A DNA stretch of 64,000 nt from an uncultured Candidatus Saccharimonas sp. (lineage in GTDB: Bacteria > Patescibacteriota > Saccharimonadia > Saccharimonadales > Saccharimonadaceae), in contig CAUUYC010000004.1 in the NCBI GenBank assembly GCA_963549415.1, positions 682 to 64,681 of the forward strand. Reading direction: 5' to 3'. A program made the translations under genes and the position numbers. Below, piece by piece: positions 47,794-57,857 of the stretch. The notes under the pieces are model-generated. The model made no database searches. It was not told where the DNA came from and was given only the letters and a program-made list of their open reading frames with translations. Every line of letters begins with the position of its first letter. Position 1 is the stretch's first letter.

Positions 47794-49299
47794 ATGGAAA
47801 TAATTATAGCTACGCTTGGCGTTTTGTTTGGCGGTGGTAGCGCTTTTGCATATCAAAAAGTAAAAACCGCAAATGCAAAAAATAATTCAGATAAAATTAT
47901 TGCTGAAGCCCGAAAAAAATCAGCTGAAATTTTAGAACGCGCAAATGAAAAAGCCTTAAAAATTACCGAAAAGGCTAACGAAGATGAATCGGAACGGCGA
48001 AAAGAAATTCGAAAAACTGAAAATCGCCTCGCAGAACGAGAAGAATCTCTCGACCGGAAGCTTGATCAGATTGATTTACGAACCGAGAAACTTCGAAACA
48101 ATGAGCTTGAAGTTGAAAAACTCAAAAATGAGATTAAAGAAATTCGCAAAAAGCAAGATGAAAAACTTGAAAAAATTGCAAAGCTTTCAAAGAAAGAAGC
48201 AGCTGAAAAAATTATGAAAATTGCCGAAAGAAATATGGCTCAAGATATGGTTAATCTAGTTGCAAAGCTCCAAAAAAATGCGACCGAAGATGCCGAAGAA
48301 CGAGCTCAGGCTATTTTGGTTTCAGCAATGGAACGAATCTCAAGCGAAGTAACAGCTGAACGAACAGTTACTGCTTTAAAACTGCCTGATGATGAAATGA
48401 AAGGTCGAATTATTGGCAAAGAGGGCCGAAACATCCAAGCACTTCAGCGTGAAACTGGTGTAGATATATTGGTTGATGATACCCCTGGAATGGTTGTTCT
48501 TTCAAGTTTCGACCCTGTTCGCCGCCAAGTTGCACGACTTTCGCTTGAGCTTTTAATGAAAGACGGGCGAATCAATCCGGCAAGAATTGAAGAAGTTGTT
48601 GAAAAAGCTGAACGTGAAATAAACAAGGAAATTAATCGTGCTGGCGAAGATGCTGCTCGTGAAGTCGGACTTTCAGGCTTACCGCATGAAATGTTACGAC
48701 TGCTTGGCGAATTAAAGTTTCGAACAAGTTATGGCCAGAATGTTTTGAAACATTCAACAGAAATGGCTAATGTTGCAGGCTTAATTGCCGAAGAAATTGG
48801 CGCAAACGTTAAAATTGCAAAAACTGCTGCGCTCTTTCACGACATTGGAAAGGCTGTAACCCATAAGATTGAAGGAAAACATGCCCAAATAGGTGCTGAG
48901 CTTGCCGAAAAATACGGAATGGATCCCCGAGTCGTAAATGCAATTGCAGCACATCATGAAGATGTTGAAGCTACAACGGTTGAAGCAATTATTGTTAAAA
49001 TCACTGACGCAATGAGCGCCTCTCGGCCAGGGACTCGAAACGCTTCTGCCGAAAACTTTGTAGAGAGAATGCGCGAGCTTGAAAATGTTGCAACTAGCTT
49101 TAAGGGCATAAATAAGGCTTATGCGATTTCGGCCGGTAGAGAGATCCGTGTAATAGTTTCGCCCGAATCTATCGACGATCTTTCAGCAATAAAAATGGCA
49201 CGAGATATTGCAGATAAAATTGAAAGCACAATGCAATATCCAGGCGTAATTAAAGTTAATATAATTCGTGAAACACGCGCAATCGAATATGCAAAATAA
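47794..49299 (+). CDS. rny: Ribonuclease Y
   Basis: 501 aa with an N-terminal TM, a coiled-coil, a KH domain (GRIIGKEGRNIQ) and an HD domain (FHDIGK). Confidence 0.95.
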   Translation: MEIIIATLGVLFGGGSAFAYQKVKTANAKNNSDKIIAEARKKSAEILERANEKALKITEKANEDESERRKEIRKTENRLAEREESLDRKLDQIDLRTEKLRNNELEVEKLKNEIKEIRKKQDEKLEKIAKLSKKEAAEKIMKIAERNMAQDMVNLVAKLQKNATEDAEERAQAILVSAMERISSEVTAERTVTALKLPDDEMKGRIIGKEGRNIQALQRETGVDILVDDTPGMVVLSSFDPVRRQVARLSLELLMKDGRINPARIEEVVEKAEREINKEINRAGEDAAREVGLSGLPHEMLRLLGELKFRTSYGQNVLKHSTEMANVAGLIAEEIGANVKIAKTAALFHDIGKAVTHKIEGKHAQIGAELAEKYGMDPRVVNAIAAHHEDVEATTVEAIIVKITDAMSASRPGTRNASAENFVERMRELENVATSFKGINKAYAISAGREIRVIVSPESIDDLSAIKMARDIADKIESTMQYPGVIKVNIIRETRAIEYAK

Positions 49300-49316
49300 T
49301 AATTTCAAATATAATA

Positions 49317-49342
49317 AAATAGCCTTCATAAAGGCTATTTTA
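49317..49342. terminator. Bidirectional terminator between rny and the surface operon
   Basis: A 10-bp stem: 49317-49326 pairs with 49331-49340. Confidence 0.7.
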
Positions 49343-49344
49343 TA

Positions 49345-50565
49345 TTACATCTTACAGTTTAATCCACCATTTTTAATTTTAGTTGTTGAGAAATCTTTAC
49401 AAATCGGCTCATCCCCTTCAGTTTGAGCAGAAAATAGAGGAACTGGGAAATTACTATCATGGAATCCAATTCGACTTTCAATTCTTCTAAACTGACTATT
49501 TGCTCGACCAGTTGAGTCAACTTTTGGTTGAATACCTTTAAAATCTACAACATTACCATTGTTCATAAGCTCAATTTTAAATTCAGCATTATTCATTAAA
49601 GGTGTCAATCGAGCATATAAAACATCAGTTGGAGAAACGTTTCGCCCAATATTTATTACCATTTCGCAAGCATAGGTATTTGAGCCAGCCCCAAGATCAT
49701 CTGAACATTTCGTAAAAGTATAGTCATTTGTTGATTGTGTAGAATTTTCATCTCGACGAACAGTTGGTAGATTCGAACTATTCACAACTCGAGAATCCAA
49801 GCCTGAAGCAGGATAAAACAGCATCTCACTCGCACCATTTCCATCATCTGGATAAGGTGTATCCATACTTGTTGACGAATTTCCATTCCGTCCGGGAACA
49901 TAACCATATAGTTGGGTTTTTAATATGGCCGGTCTATTTTGAGCTTGCCAATCTTTCAGAATATTAGGGCGAGCATTGGGATTATTTATTGAATCTAAGG
50001 ATATTTTTGAACCATTCGCCATATTATTTTTAGTATGCCACTTAACACGAATCTGGTTAAAGCTCGAAACACCTTTTAAGTTAATAACTGAGGGCGTTCC
50101 TTCATTACTTTGACCCAAAAAGTCAGAAGTATCTGTTTTAATTTTAACACAAGTATAGGCTTGGTTTAAATCTCGATCAGTATTTCCTCCACCGGAACTT
50201 GTTTTGGTTTGTACTATAGTTTCACTACCGTTAGCGCCAATTCCGGCAGTCGCTAGAACATAACAGCTACCAGACAGAATTGCCTTTGTCATTTCACTGC
50301 AATCATATGTCTTACTTTCGAAAACTTTCTTACCAACATCTGCACCACCACAGGCACCTTTATAAATTCGTAAAAATCTTTTAGCGTCTTCAACTCCCGC
50401 CTGAGCACTATCATAAGCACTCTGTGAAAGATCTAGCCTACTGGCCTGCTCTTGGTCTCGGAGCATAATCCGCAAAAAGCTTGCAGACATAATCGAGACC
50501 AAAATACCAACCATAATAACAATAAAGATTGAAACACCACCTTTTTTAAACTCTCTATTTGTCAT
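49345..50565 (-). CDS. PilX-family (type IV pilus minor-pilin-like) protein
   Basis: 406 aa. The N-terminal KKGGVSIFIVIMVGILVSIMSASFLRIMLRDQEQASR...AYDSAQAGVEDA matches my recollection of the PilX_N pattern. The C-terminal STGRANSQFRRIESRI resembles PilX tails. Confidence 0.65.
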   Translation of the reverse strand: MTNREFKKGGVSIFIVIMVGILVSIMSASFLRIMLRDQEQASRLDLSQSAYDSAQAGVEDAKRFLRIYKGACGGADVGKKVFESKTYDCSEMTKAILSGSCYVLATAGIGANGSETIVQTKTSSGGGNTDRDLNQAYTCVKIKTDTSDFLGQSNEGTPSVINLKGVSSFNQIRVKWHTKNNMANGSKISLDSINNPNARPNILKDWQAQNRPAILKTQLYGYVPGRNGNSSTSMDTPYPDDGNGASEMLFYPASGLDSRVVNSSNLPTVRRDENSTQSTNDYTFTKCSDDLGAGSNTYACEMVINIGRNVSPTDVLYARLTPLMNNAEFKIELMNNGNVVDFKGIQPKVDSTGRANSQFRRIESRIGFHDSNFPVPLFSAQTEGDEPICKDFSTTKIKNGGLNCKM

Positions 50566-50567
50566 AT

Positions 50568-53042
50568 TTAATACCTCACCGGAAGTTCTTTAGTATAAGT
50601 TGTAACAATTTTACCCGCACTACCAGATTGAGACTGAGCCCACAAGTAGGTATCTGCCGATTGGTTAAAAATTTCAGCAGGATTAGCTAGCGTATCTTTC
50701 GCAGTTCCATCGGAGCCAGCAGTTCGCCATAATCGCAATCCTTTTGAAACTGTTCCACCGCGCACACGCAATTGATTGTCACAATTTTTCATATTAACAT
50801 CATTGGCATTCTGGGCGCCGTTAACCGCACAAGTATTTATTACGCCTTGAGCAATCAACCACGCATCAACTCTTTTCACTCCTTGATCAATAGTAATATC
50901 TCCGTCAGCAATAATTATAATCTGACGAAAATCCGAATCATTATTTACAGCTCTATCAGCATTCACAATATCGCCAGAAATTCGAATATTTTTACCATAG
51001 ATTACTCGAGTTTGCTTATCGGCTAAAATTGAACCAAGCTGTTTGTTCGCATCGCCATAAACTTCAACTTTTGTATTTGTATCTTCAAAATTCTTTTTTG
51101 GAAATTTTGAAGCAATGTTTGAAATTAATGAATCGATACTTGATTTTCCTTGACCAAAACTACTTTTTGAAGAATAATCTTCAATTGCCAACTTTTGCGT
51201 ACTTTGTGAAGATTCAGTTCGAAAATCTTTAATTTTCACACCCGAGAGTGCTTCATATTCAACCCAAGAGCCGAGAACTCCTTGTTTAGTTGTAGATAAA
51301 CTTGTTCGAATACCCGATTTTGAATAAACACCATTTCCCCAGAATTGAACTTTTGGTTTCTTAACTAGCTTAATACAAATCGGTGCACCATGCCGCCAGT
51401 CTAAATTTTCTCGTTCTTGTTTGGCTTGCTCAGCCTGACTTTGGTTTGAATTCATCTTGTATGGCGAGATGGAAAGCGCCACACAATAACGGGTTCCCGC
51501 CTCGGCACCATCTTCAATTGAAGGTATAAAGTCGGCAACTCGAGTATCTTTATTAAATTTCCCAGTCCCTTCTTTAATAACACGACATTTTTCAATTCCT
51601 TGATAATCTTGATAATAAAAGTTTGAAGGTGAACAGGTATCACTGTTCGTATTATCTCTCTTATTATTTTGAGTTACAAAACTCTCTTTATCTGAAGGAA
51701 CACGCCAAGTTGTAATTTTATACCTTATCGATGAAGTTTCAGTTCCGCCTCCTGGAATATTAATTTCTTCACCATCATTAGGGTCGTTTGGCACTTTACC
51801 ATTAGTAGGAACATCTAAATCACCACCAGAGCAGTTTCGAATTTTATCAATTTTAACACAAGGTGTTATTTCAAAATCATAAGGAACATAGACACATGCA
51901 TCATTAGTAGTTTTATTATACCTATTAGTATTATCAATATTTCCAGCAGCAACTCCATATGACATCTTTGAACATATTACCTTTCCAGCCATATCTCTGG
52001 TTACCCTAAAGATCTCCCTGTCGGTACCTACTGCGTTAATCGTATCCCAAATATTACCTTGATTAATTATTGTAGGCCTACTATCCCACGAGTCTTTATT
52101 CCATCTAAAATTATAATTATTTACCGAATAATCGCCATATCCATCATTTCTGACGGTTTGATAGTAGCCACTACCACTAACGCTTTTTCTATTAAAATCT
52201 TTGCCTGTAACTTTATGCCTAAAAGAAACCCATTGGCTAACTCTAGCAGTCTGAGGATTATAGCGACCATTACTCTTAAATCTTGAATCGTTTGAATTAA
52301 TTCTCTGGTTAGAATTTAAAACTGCCGCCTTAGTATCTCCTTCAACATTAAATTTGACTGGTGCTTTAACCCTTAGAATGATATCATGGTTATAACAATT
52401 CCCCGGAAGACCTTCGTGATCATCTACCCAGCTATGACTTCCCACTCCATAGAAATTCCAACACTGCCATACATTAAATTTTATATAATCTCCGTCTGAT
52501 AGTTTATCTATCTCGGACTCTTTAATAGATATCTTAGCAACCCCGATACGGCCAGCCTCTCCCTCGTTCAAATGGAAGTTAAAAGCGGCTCCTTGACCCC
52601 TTCTACCCACAGGGACAGATCCATTACTTTCAAGTTTACTAGCATCTAAATCATCTTTTTGGATTCTAATATTTGTAGCAGCAGCATGATTTGGACCTTT
52701 ACATGCCATTGCGGCGATATTAAGATAAAAGCTTCTACTCTCTTTACTTACTTGAAACTCATTTTTTTCGTAAATGGAACTAATAACCTTTTTACCTTCA
52801 GGGTCGGCAGATATCCAGTTTCCTGTTACTGATACAGGACTATTATACCTATCAAAATCAATTTCAGTTCCTTCATATGTTTTTTGCTTAATCATTGTAC
52901 CACGAGCATTACAAGTATCTAGAAGCCTTTGAGCAACACTATGCGGTAAGGAGTTGGCAGCATTTGTATTCTTTTGAAAAAATATAGAATTAAATACAAA
53001 AGAAAGCAAAACAGCAAAAAATAAAATATTAAGCTTTTTCAT
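50568..53042 (-). CDS. Large secreted N/G/S/C-rich protein, function unknown (candidate adhesin or tip protein)
   Basis: 824 aa with the signal peptide MKKLNILFFAVLLSFVFNSIFF...ANS. The start abuts the upstream stop, and its own stop lies 2 nt before the PilX-like ATG. Confidence 0.8.
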   Translation of the reverse strand: MKKLNILFFAVLLSFVFNSIFFQKNTNAANSLPHSVAQRLLDTCNARGTMIKQKTYEGTEIDFDRYNSPVSVTGNWISADPEGKKVISSIYEKNEFQVSKESRSFYLNIAAMACKGPNHAAATNIRIQKDDLDASKLESNGSVPVGRRGQGAAFNFHLNEGEAGRIGVAKISIKESEIDKLSDGDYIKFNVWQCWNFYGVGSHSWVDDHEGLPGNCYNHDIILRVKAPVKFNVEGDTKAAVLNSNQRINSNDSRFKSNGRYNPQTARVSQWVSFRHKVTGKDFNRKSVSGSGYYQTVRNDGYGDYSVNNYNFRWNKDSWDSRPTIINQGNIWDTINAVGTDREIFRVTRDMAGKVICSKMSYGVAAGNIDNTNRYNKTTNDACVYVPYDFEITPCVKIDKIRNCSGGDLDVPTNGKVPNDPNDGEEINIPGGGTETSSIRYKITTWRVPSDKESFVTQNNKRDNTNSDTCSPSNFYYQDYQGIEKCRVIKEGTGKFNKDTRVADFIPSIEDGAEAGTRYCVALSISPYKMNSNQSQAEQAKQERENLDWRHGAPICIKLVKKPKVQFWGNGVYSKSGIRTSLSTTKQGVLGSWVEYEALSGVKIKDFRTESSQSTQKLAIEDYSSKSSFGQGKSSIDSLISNIASKFPKKNFEDTNTKVEVYGDANKQLGSILADKQTRVIYGKNIRISGDIVNADRAVNNDSDFRQIIIIADGDITIDQGVKRVDAWLIAQGVINTCAVNGAQNANDVNMKNCDNQLRVRGGTVSKGLRLWRTAGSDGTAKDTLANPAEIFNQSADTYLWAQSQSGSAGKIVTTYTKELPVRY

Positions 53043-53465
53043 TTAGAATAGATCTCCAACATCTTTATATTTTAAGCCTGAAGGTTTAATATACTCAATA
53101 TAGCTAACGCCACTAATTTTTAAGCTTGGGTTTTGACCCTTATTAATCATTTCTTCAAGATTTTTAAATGTTTGTTCCTGATTTTCTGTTCCAATAAAAA
53201 GCCGCATTATAACACAGTTGGAATCTTTCTCATTTCCTGCTTTTTTCGAAATCTCATCACCCAAAGCTTTTGCGTTCTTGGCGTATTCTTCTTTTCTGCC
53301 TTTAATATTGTTATATTTATTAATGGTATCATCCCCACAAACCGAACCAACAGGGTTTTTCATTGCAGCAATATCATTTTTATTTTTAATTACTTGCACT
53401 ACGTTTAGTCCTGCACTCAAAACAGCAATAACTAAAACTACACCAAATAATATTTTGTGTTTCAT
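53043..53465 (-). CDS. Small N-terminally anchored extracytoplasmic protein, first gene of the surface operon
   Basis: 140 aa with an N-terminal TM (ILFGVVLVIAVLSAGL). A strong GGTGGAGGGA SD precedes it. Confidence 0.7.
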   Translation of the reverse strand: MKHKILFGVVLVIAVLSAGLNVVQVIKNKNDIAAMKNPVGSVCGDDTINKYNNIKGRKEEYAKNAKALGDEISKKAGNEKDSNCVIMRLFIGTENQEQTFKNLEEMINKGQNPSLKISGVSYIEYIKPSGLKYKDVGDLF

Positions 53466-53504
53466 TATCTAAGTCCCTCCACCTTAAAAATATTTCCTAA
53501 AATA

Positions 53505-53533
53505 ATTATAAACAAAAGCGTTTTAAAAATCAA
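53505..53533 (-). promoter_or_regulatory. Promoter TTGATT-17-TATAAT for the three-gene surface operon
   Basis: Minus strand: -10 at 53505-53510 and -35 at 53528-53533. A leader of about 35 nt carries the GGAGGG SD. Confidence 0.55.
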
Positions 53534-53573
53534 GACTGCATCGTAAAAAAACCTCTCTTACGATATATATTTA

Positions 53574-56156
53574 TTACATATTCAACCAATCTTTACCGAT
53601 AGAAACTTCAACCTTTAATTTAACATTTAATTCTGGAGCCACGTTCTCCATTTCTCGTTTTAAAATTTCTGCCACATTTTCGGCATTTTCAGCTGGAACT
53701 TCCACCAAAATTGAATCATGAATTTGTAAAATTTGTTCACCAAGCCCAGCTTTTACAATTTTTTCATCAACAGCCAACATCGCTCGCTTCATTAAATCTG
53801 CCTCGGTACCTTGAATTGGCATATTCTGCGCTGCTCGCTTTGCCATCTCGCGAATCATAAAATTACTCGATTTTATATCTGGCATTGGTCGCCTTCGGCC
53901 AAAAAACGTCTCTACAAAACCTTCATCCTGAGCTTTTTTCAATGTATTGTCCATAAGCTCACGAATTGGTTTGTGCGCATTAAAATACTCTTCAATATAT
54001 TTTTTCGCCTCATAAAAACCAACCCCAATCGTGCCAGAAAGATTATGAGCTCCAACACCATAAAGAACGCTAAAATTAATAATTTTCGCAACACGTCGTT
54101 GTTCTTTTGAAACTTCATCAATTGGAACACCAAAAACCTCGCTCGCAGTCTTTGCGTGAATATCTAAATCTTTCTCAAAAGTCTCAATCAAAGGCTTGTC
54201 GTTTGCCAAAACTGCCGCCAATCTCAATTCAAACTGCGAATAATCTGCTGAAACTAGTAAATTCCCTTTTTTTGCCACAAAGCCTTCACGAATACGCCGC
54301 CCAAGTTCGGAACGAATCGGTATATTTTGCAAATTAGGATTGCTCGAAGAAAGCCGCCCCGTCGTTGTTACATCTTGTGCAAAATTGCTATGAATCCGAT
54401 TTTTTTCATCTGCTAATTTTGGCAAAGCATCAACATAGGTACTTTTTAATTTCGAAAATTCACGGAATTGCTCAATTTTTTCAATAATTGGGCTATATTC
54501 TCGTAATTTATCGAGCTCTTTTTGCCCTGTCGAAAAGCCATTTTTTGATTTTTTAATACCTTTTGTCGGTAGGCCCAAATCTTCAAAAAGAACTTTCGAA
54601 AGCTGCAATGGACTAGCAACATTAAATTCTCGCCCAGCAATTTCAAAAATCTCCTTCTCAATCTTTGAAATTTCACCAGCAAATTCCACACTCATTTTAG
54701 CAAAGATCTCTGGGCAAATTTCAACACCAGCTTTTTCCATTTTAAATAGAACCAAGCTCATTGGGAAATCTAACTTTTCAGCAATTTCACGAATTCTTGG
54801 CAAATCTTCAAGCTTTTTTTGTTGACGCTCAAAAATAATCCGCATTGCTGAAATTCGAACTTTCGAATCATCTTCGTCTATTTTTTCGCCATAAATTCCA
54901 CTCAAACTTTTATCGCGGATTAAAGCATTTAACAAAAATTCCAATTGCTCAATATCATAAATTTTGCCCCAATCTTCAAAGTCAATACCAGCATTAAAAA
55001 TTTTATGAAATGTTTCTTTTGCATTAAAGAAAACTGTTTTTACATTTTTGAAGAAATCAGCAAATTTCGAAAATTCCATAAAATTAAATTCTGCAATATT
55101 TTCAAAATTCGAAACTAAAATTTTTAATTTTTTAGTATCAAAATCAAAGAAAACCAAATCTTGCGGTTTTTCGAAAAACTTTTCAGCAGAAATTTCTGGC
55201 AAAATATTGATCTCAGAAGATTCTAGAACTTCTTCAAAAAGCTCAATTTGGTTTTCATTTTTTGTTTCAAAATCCTCTGAGCCAGTTTTCATCTCTTTTG
55301 GAATTTTTCGCACTAAAGAGTTAAATTCAAGCTTTCGAAGCATTTTTAAAACTTCTTCATAATTAAAATTACGAATATCAGCATCTTCAAAGTTAAGCTC
55401 AACTGGCGCATCAAGAAAAATTTCAGCAATTTTTTTACTCATAAACGCTGAATTTTTACCAGCTTCAAGTTTTTTTCGCCAAGCTGGTTTGATATTTTCA
55501 AGATTTTCATAAATTCCCTCAAGCGTAAAAAACTCTTGTAAAAGTTGCGTAGCAGTTTTTGGACCAATCCCTGGCACACCTGGGATATTGTCGCTAGAAT
55601 CACCCTGAAGTGCTTTTAAATCTAAAAATTGAGATTGTTTTAATCCATATTTATTCTCAAAATATTCAAGATCAAATTCTTCGATATCCGAAAATCCACG
55701 TTTCATTGCAAAAACTTTAGTATTTTCATCAATCAATTGCAGCATATCAAGATCAGAAGTAATCAAATTTGCTTCAACTCCAAGCTTATTTGCCTGAACC
55801 GCTAAAGTCCCCAAAATATCATCAGCCTCATAACCATCAGTTTCAAAAAGAGGCCAACCTAAAGTCTTCAGAAAGTCCTTTAAAAGTGGAATCTGTTCAT
55901 AGAAATCATCTGGCGCTTTTTTTCGCCCAGCTTTATACTCAGGATAAATCGCACTTCTTTTTGCAGTTGAAGTTCCTTTTTTATCCCAAGCCACAACCAC
56001 ATAATCTGGTTTTAATTTTCGAATAACCTCAAAAGCTAAACTAGCAAAACCATAAACACCGCCTGTCGGCGTCCCGTCTTCAAGACTCAAATTACCCATA
56101 GCGTAGTAACCCCTATAAAATACGCTTTTCCCGTCAATAATTACTAACTTTTTCAT
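53574..56156 (-). CDS. polA: DNA polymerase I
   Basis: 860 aa with a 5' nuclease domain, a degenerate 3'-5' exo region (FDFDTKK instead of DxE), and polymerase motifs A (DYSQFELR), B (KIINFSVLYG) and C (QIHDS). Confidence 0.95.
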   Translation of the reverse strand: MKKLVIIDGKSVFYRGYYAMGNLSLEDGTPTGGVYGFASLAFEVIRKLKPDYVVVAWDKKGTSTAKRSAIYPEYKAGRKKAPDDFYEQIPLLKDFLKTLGWPLFETDGYEADDILGTLAVQANKLGVEANLITSDLDMLQLIDENTKVFAMKRGFSDIEEFDLEYFENKYGLKQSQFLDLKALQGDSSDNIPGVPGIGPKTATQLLQEFFTLEGIYENLENIKPAWRKKLEAGKNSAFMSKKIAEIFLDAPVELNFEDADIRNFNYEEVLKMLRKLEFNSLVRKIPKEMKTGSEDFETKNENQIELFEEVLESSEINILPEISAEKFFEKPQDLVFFDFDTKKLKILVSNFENIAEFNFMEFSKFADFFKNVKTVFFNAKETFHKIFNAGIDFEDWGKIYDIEQLEFLLNALIRDKSLSGIYGEKIDEDDSKVRISAMRIIFERQQKKLEDLPRIREIAEKLDFPMSLVLFKMEKAGVEICPEIFAKMSVEFAGEISKIEKEIFEIAGREFNVASPLQLSKVLFEDLGLPTKGIKKSKNGFSTGQKELDKLREYSPIIEKIEQFREFSKLKSTYVDALPKLADEKNRIHSNFAQDVTTTGRLSSSNPNLQNIPIRSELGRRIREGFVAKKGNLLVSADYSQFELRLAAVLANDKPLIETFEKDLDIHAKTASEVFGVPIDEVSKEQRRVAKIINFSVLYGVGAHNLSGTIGVGFYEAKKYIEEYFNAHKPIRELMDNTLKKAQDEGFVETFFGRRRPMPDIKSSNFMIREMAKRAAQNMPIQGTEADLMKRAMLAVDEKIVKAGLGEQILQIHDSILVEVPAENAENVAEILKREMENVAPELNVKLKVEVSIGKDWLNM

Positions 56157-56164
56157 TATATTCC

Positions 56165-56193
56165 ATTATATCACGCTTGGGGATATTTTTCAC
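56165..56193 (-). promoter_or_regulatory. Promoter GTGAAA-17-TGaTATAAT, -10 box 8 nt upstream of the polA ATG
   Basis: Minus strand: -10 at 56165-56170 and ATG at 56154-56156. Confidence 0.5.
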
Positions 56194-56200
56194 TTTTTCG

Positions 56201-56232
56201 AAAACTAAAATAGGGCAATAAAACCCTATTTT
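56201..56232 (-). terminator. Hairpin overlapping the trxB stop codon (terminator candidate)
   Basis: ATAGGG (56210-56215) pairs with CCCTAT (56224-56229), extended by A/T pairs. TTTT follows on the minus strand. Confidence 0.45.
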
Positions 56233-57167
56233 TCATTGTGTAAAAATTCTGAGATTTTTATTGCCGCTTGAGCACCAGTTGCCGCAGCTACAACAATCTG
56301 TTTTTGTGCATTTTCAATTATATCGCCAGAAGCATAAACTCTTGGAATATTTGTTTCGAAATTGCTATTTACAACAATCTCACCATAGTTGTTAACTTCA
56401 ATGCCAGATTTTTTTGCAAAACCAGAATTCGGAATTAATCCAATAAATTCAAAAATTGCCGCAGCTTTAATTTCAAAAGTTTTTTCAGCTTCTTCAGTTT
56501 GCTGTTTTATGCGAGCGCCAATAATTTTTTCACCAAAATCAGTCTTTTCGAAAATAAATTCCTCAATTTCAGTTTTTAAAAATAACTCAATTTTGCCAGA
56601 TTTAACTGCTTCAAAAAGTCGCTCTTGCAAGACCACTTGCGCCGAAATTTCGCCCCGAACTAAAAGCTTAACTTTTGAAAATCGGCTCAAAAACAGAGCT
56701 TCAGTTACTGCAGAATTACCGCCACCAACTGCAATCAAATCTTTTCCAGCATAAAATGGACCATCGCAAGTTGCACAAGTATGAACACCTCGCCCAAAAA
56801 ACTCTTCCTCTCGTGGCAAACCAAGCATTCTATATGAATTTCCCGTTGCAATCAAAACTGTTTTTGAATCAAATTTTTCGCCATCAATATCTAATCGCAC
56901 AAAATTACCAAGATTTTCGAAACCTAAAACTTCACCATAATCAAATTTTGCACCAAATTTTTCAGCCTGAATTCGCATCTTTTTTGAAAGCTCAAGCCCA
57001 GAAATCCCCTCATCAAAACCTGGATAGTTTTCAATTAAATCTGAAGTTGTCGCAATTCCACCAAAAGCCGCTTTTTCGAAAACTCGCACACTCAAGCCAT
57101 CTCGTGCAGCGTAAATTGCCGCACTCAACGCAGATGGTCCTGAACCAATAATTACCAAATCAGTCAT
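56226..57167 (-). CDS. trxB: Thioredoxin-disulfide reductase
   Basis: Starts MTDLVIIGSGPSALSAA (FAD GxGxxA), with the redox-active CATC and an NADPH site GGGNSA. ATG 57165-57167 has a GAGGA SD; the ORF-track TTG at 57182 is rejected. Confidence 0.93.
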   Translation of the reverse strand: MTDLVIIGSGPSALSAAIYAARDGLSVRVFEKAAFGGIATTSDLIENYPGFDEGISGLELSKKMRIQAEKFGAKFDYGEVLGFENLGNFVRLDIDGEKFDSKTVLIATGNSYRMLGLPREEEFFGRGVHTCATCDGPFYAGKDLIAVGGGNSAVTEALFLSRFSKVKLLVRGEISAQVVLQERLFEAVKSGKIELFLKTEIEEFIFEKTDFGEKIIGARIKQQTEEAEKTFEIKAAAIFEFIGLIPNSGFAKKSGIEVNNYGEIVVNSNFETNIPRVYASGDIIENAQKQIVVAAATGAQAAIKISEFLHNEK

Positions 57168-57168
57168 T

Positions 57169-57849
57169 TTAGTTTTCCTCAAGACTTGGCTGTGGAATTT
57201 CTTGAAATTCAGGAATTAACATTACGATAAATTTTAAAGGTGTATTTGGACCAATAGTTTTCGAAGAATCTTCCTGATTCACCGAGCCCTGAGCACCATA
57301 AGCCTTATCCGCAGGAATAGATAATTCACGAATTCCGCCAACTTTCATTCCTTTTAGACCTTCACTCCAGCCCTCAATTAAGCCCCATTTTTTGCCCTCT
57401 TTACGAAAAACAACTGGCGATTTTAACCTACCATTTTCAAAGCTTCCGTCAAAAACTGTACCATCGGGTTTCCAGCCAATATAATAAGCCTGAAATTTCG
57501 TTGTTGAATCTGTAAATTCTTCACCATTGCCCTCTTTTAAATCTTTTTTCGTAAGTTCTTTTACGCTCGCAGCATTAAATGCAACTGGAGCTTTTTCATA
57601 TTCCTTAAAACTGTCGTAATATTTAGCCGAAAGTTCTTTCGCCTGCTCTTCAACCTTTTTTCTGTAATCTTGGTATTTTTTCAAAACTTGCGATTGCTTT
57701 TTTTGTGCTTCTGAATTACTCTCAGTTTGTAAGAATGAAGAAACATAAAGTGCAACAGTCGAAACAACCGTTAAAATTAAAATCACCCAAATTGAATATC
57801 TCTGCCAAGCTGGTGTACCAGTTTGTAATGAATTTTTCTTTGTTGCCAT
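57169..57849 (-). CDS. Membrane-anchored FKBP-type peptidyl-prolyl isomerase
   Basis: 226 aa with an N-terminal TM and an FKBP core (YYIGWKPDGTVFDGSF...GWSEGLKGMKVGG). Confidence 0.85.
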   Translation of the reverse strand: MATKKNSLQTGTPAWQRYSIWVILILTVVSTVALYVSSFLQTESNSEAQKKQSQVLKKYQDYRKKVEEQAKELSAKYYDSFKEYEKAPVAFNAASVKELTKKDLKEGNGEEFTDSTTKFQAYYIGWKPDGTVFDGSFENGRLKSPVVFRKEGKKWGLIEGWSEGLKGMKVGGIRELSIPADKAYGAQGSVNQEDSSKTIGPNTPLKFIVMLIPEFQEIPQPSLEEN

Positions 57850-57857
57850 CTTTTCTC

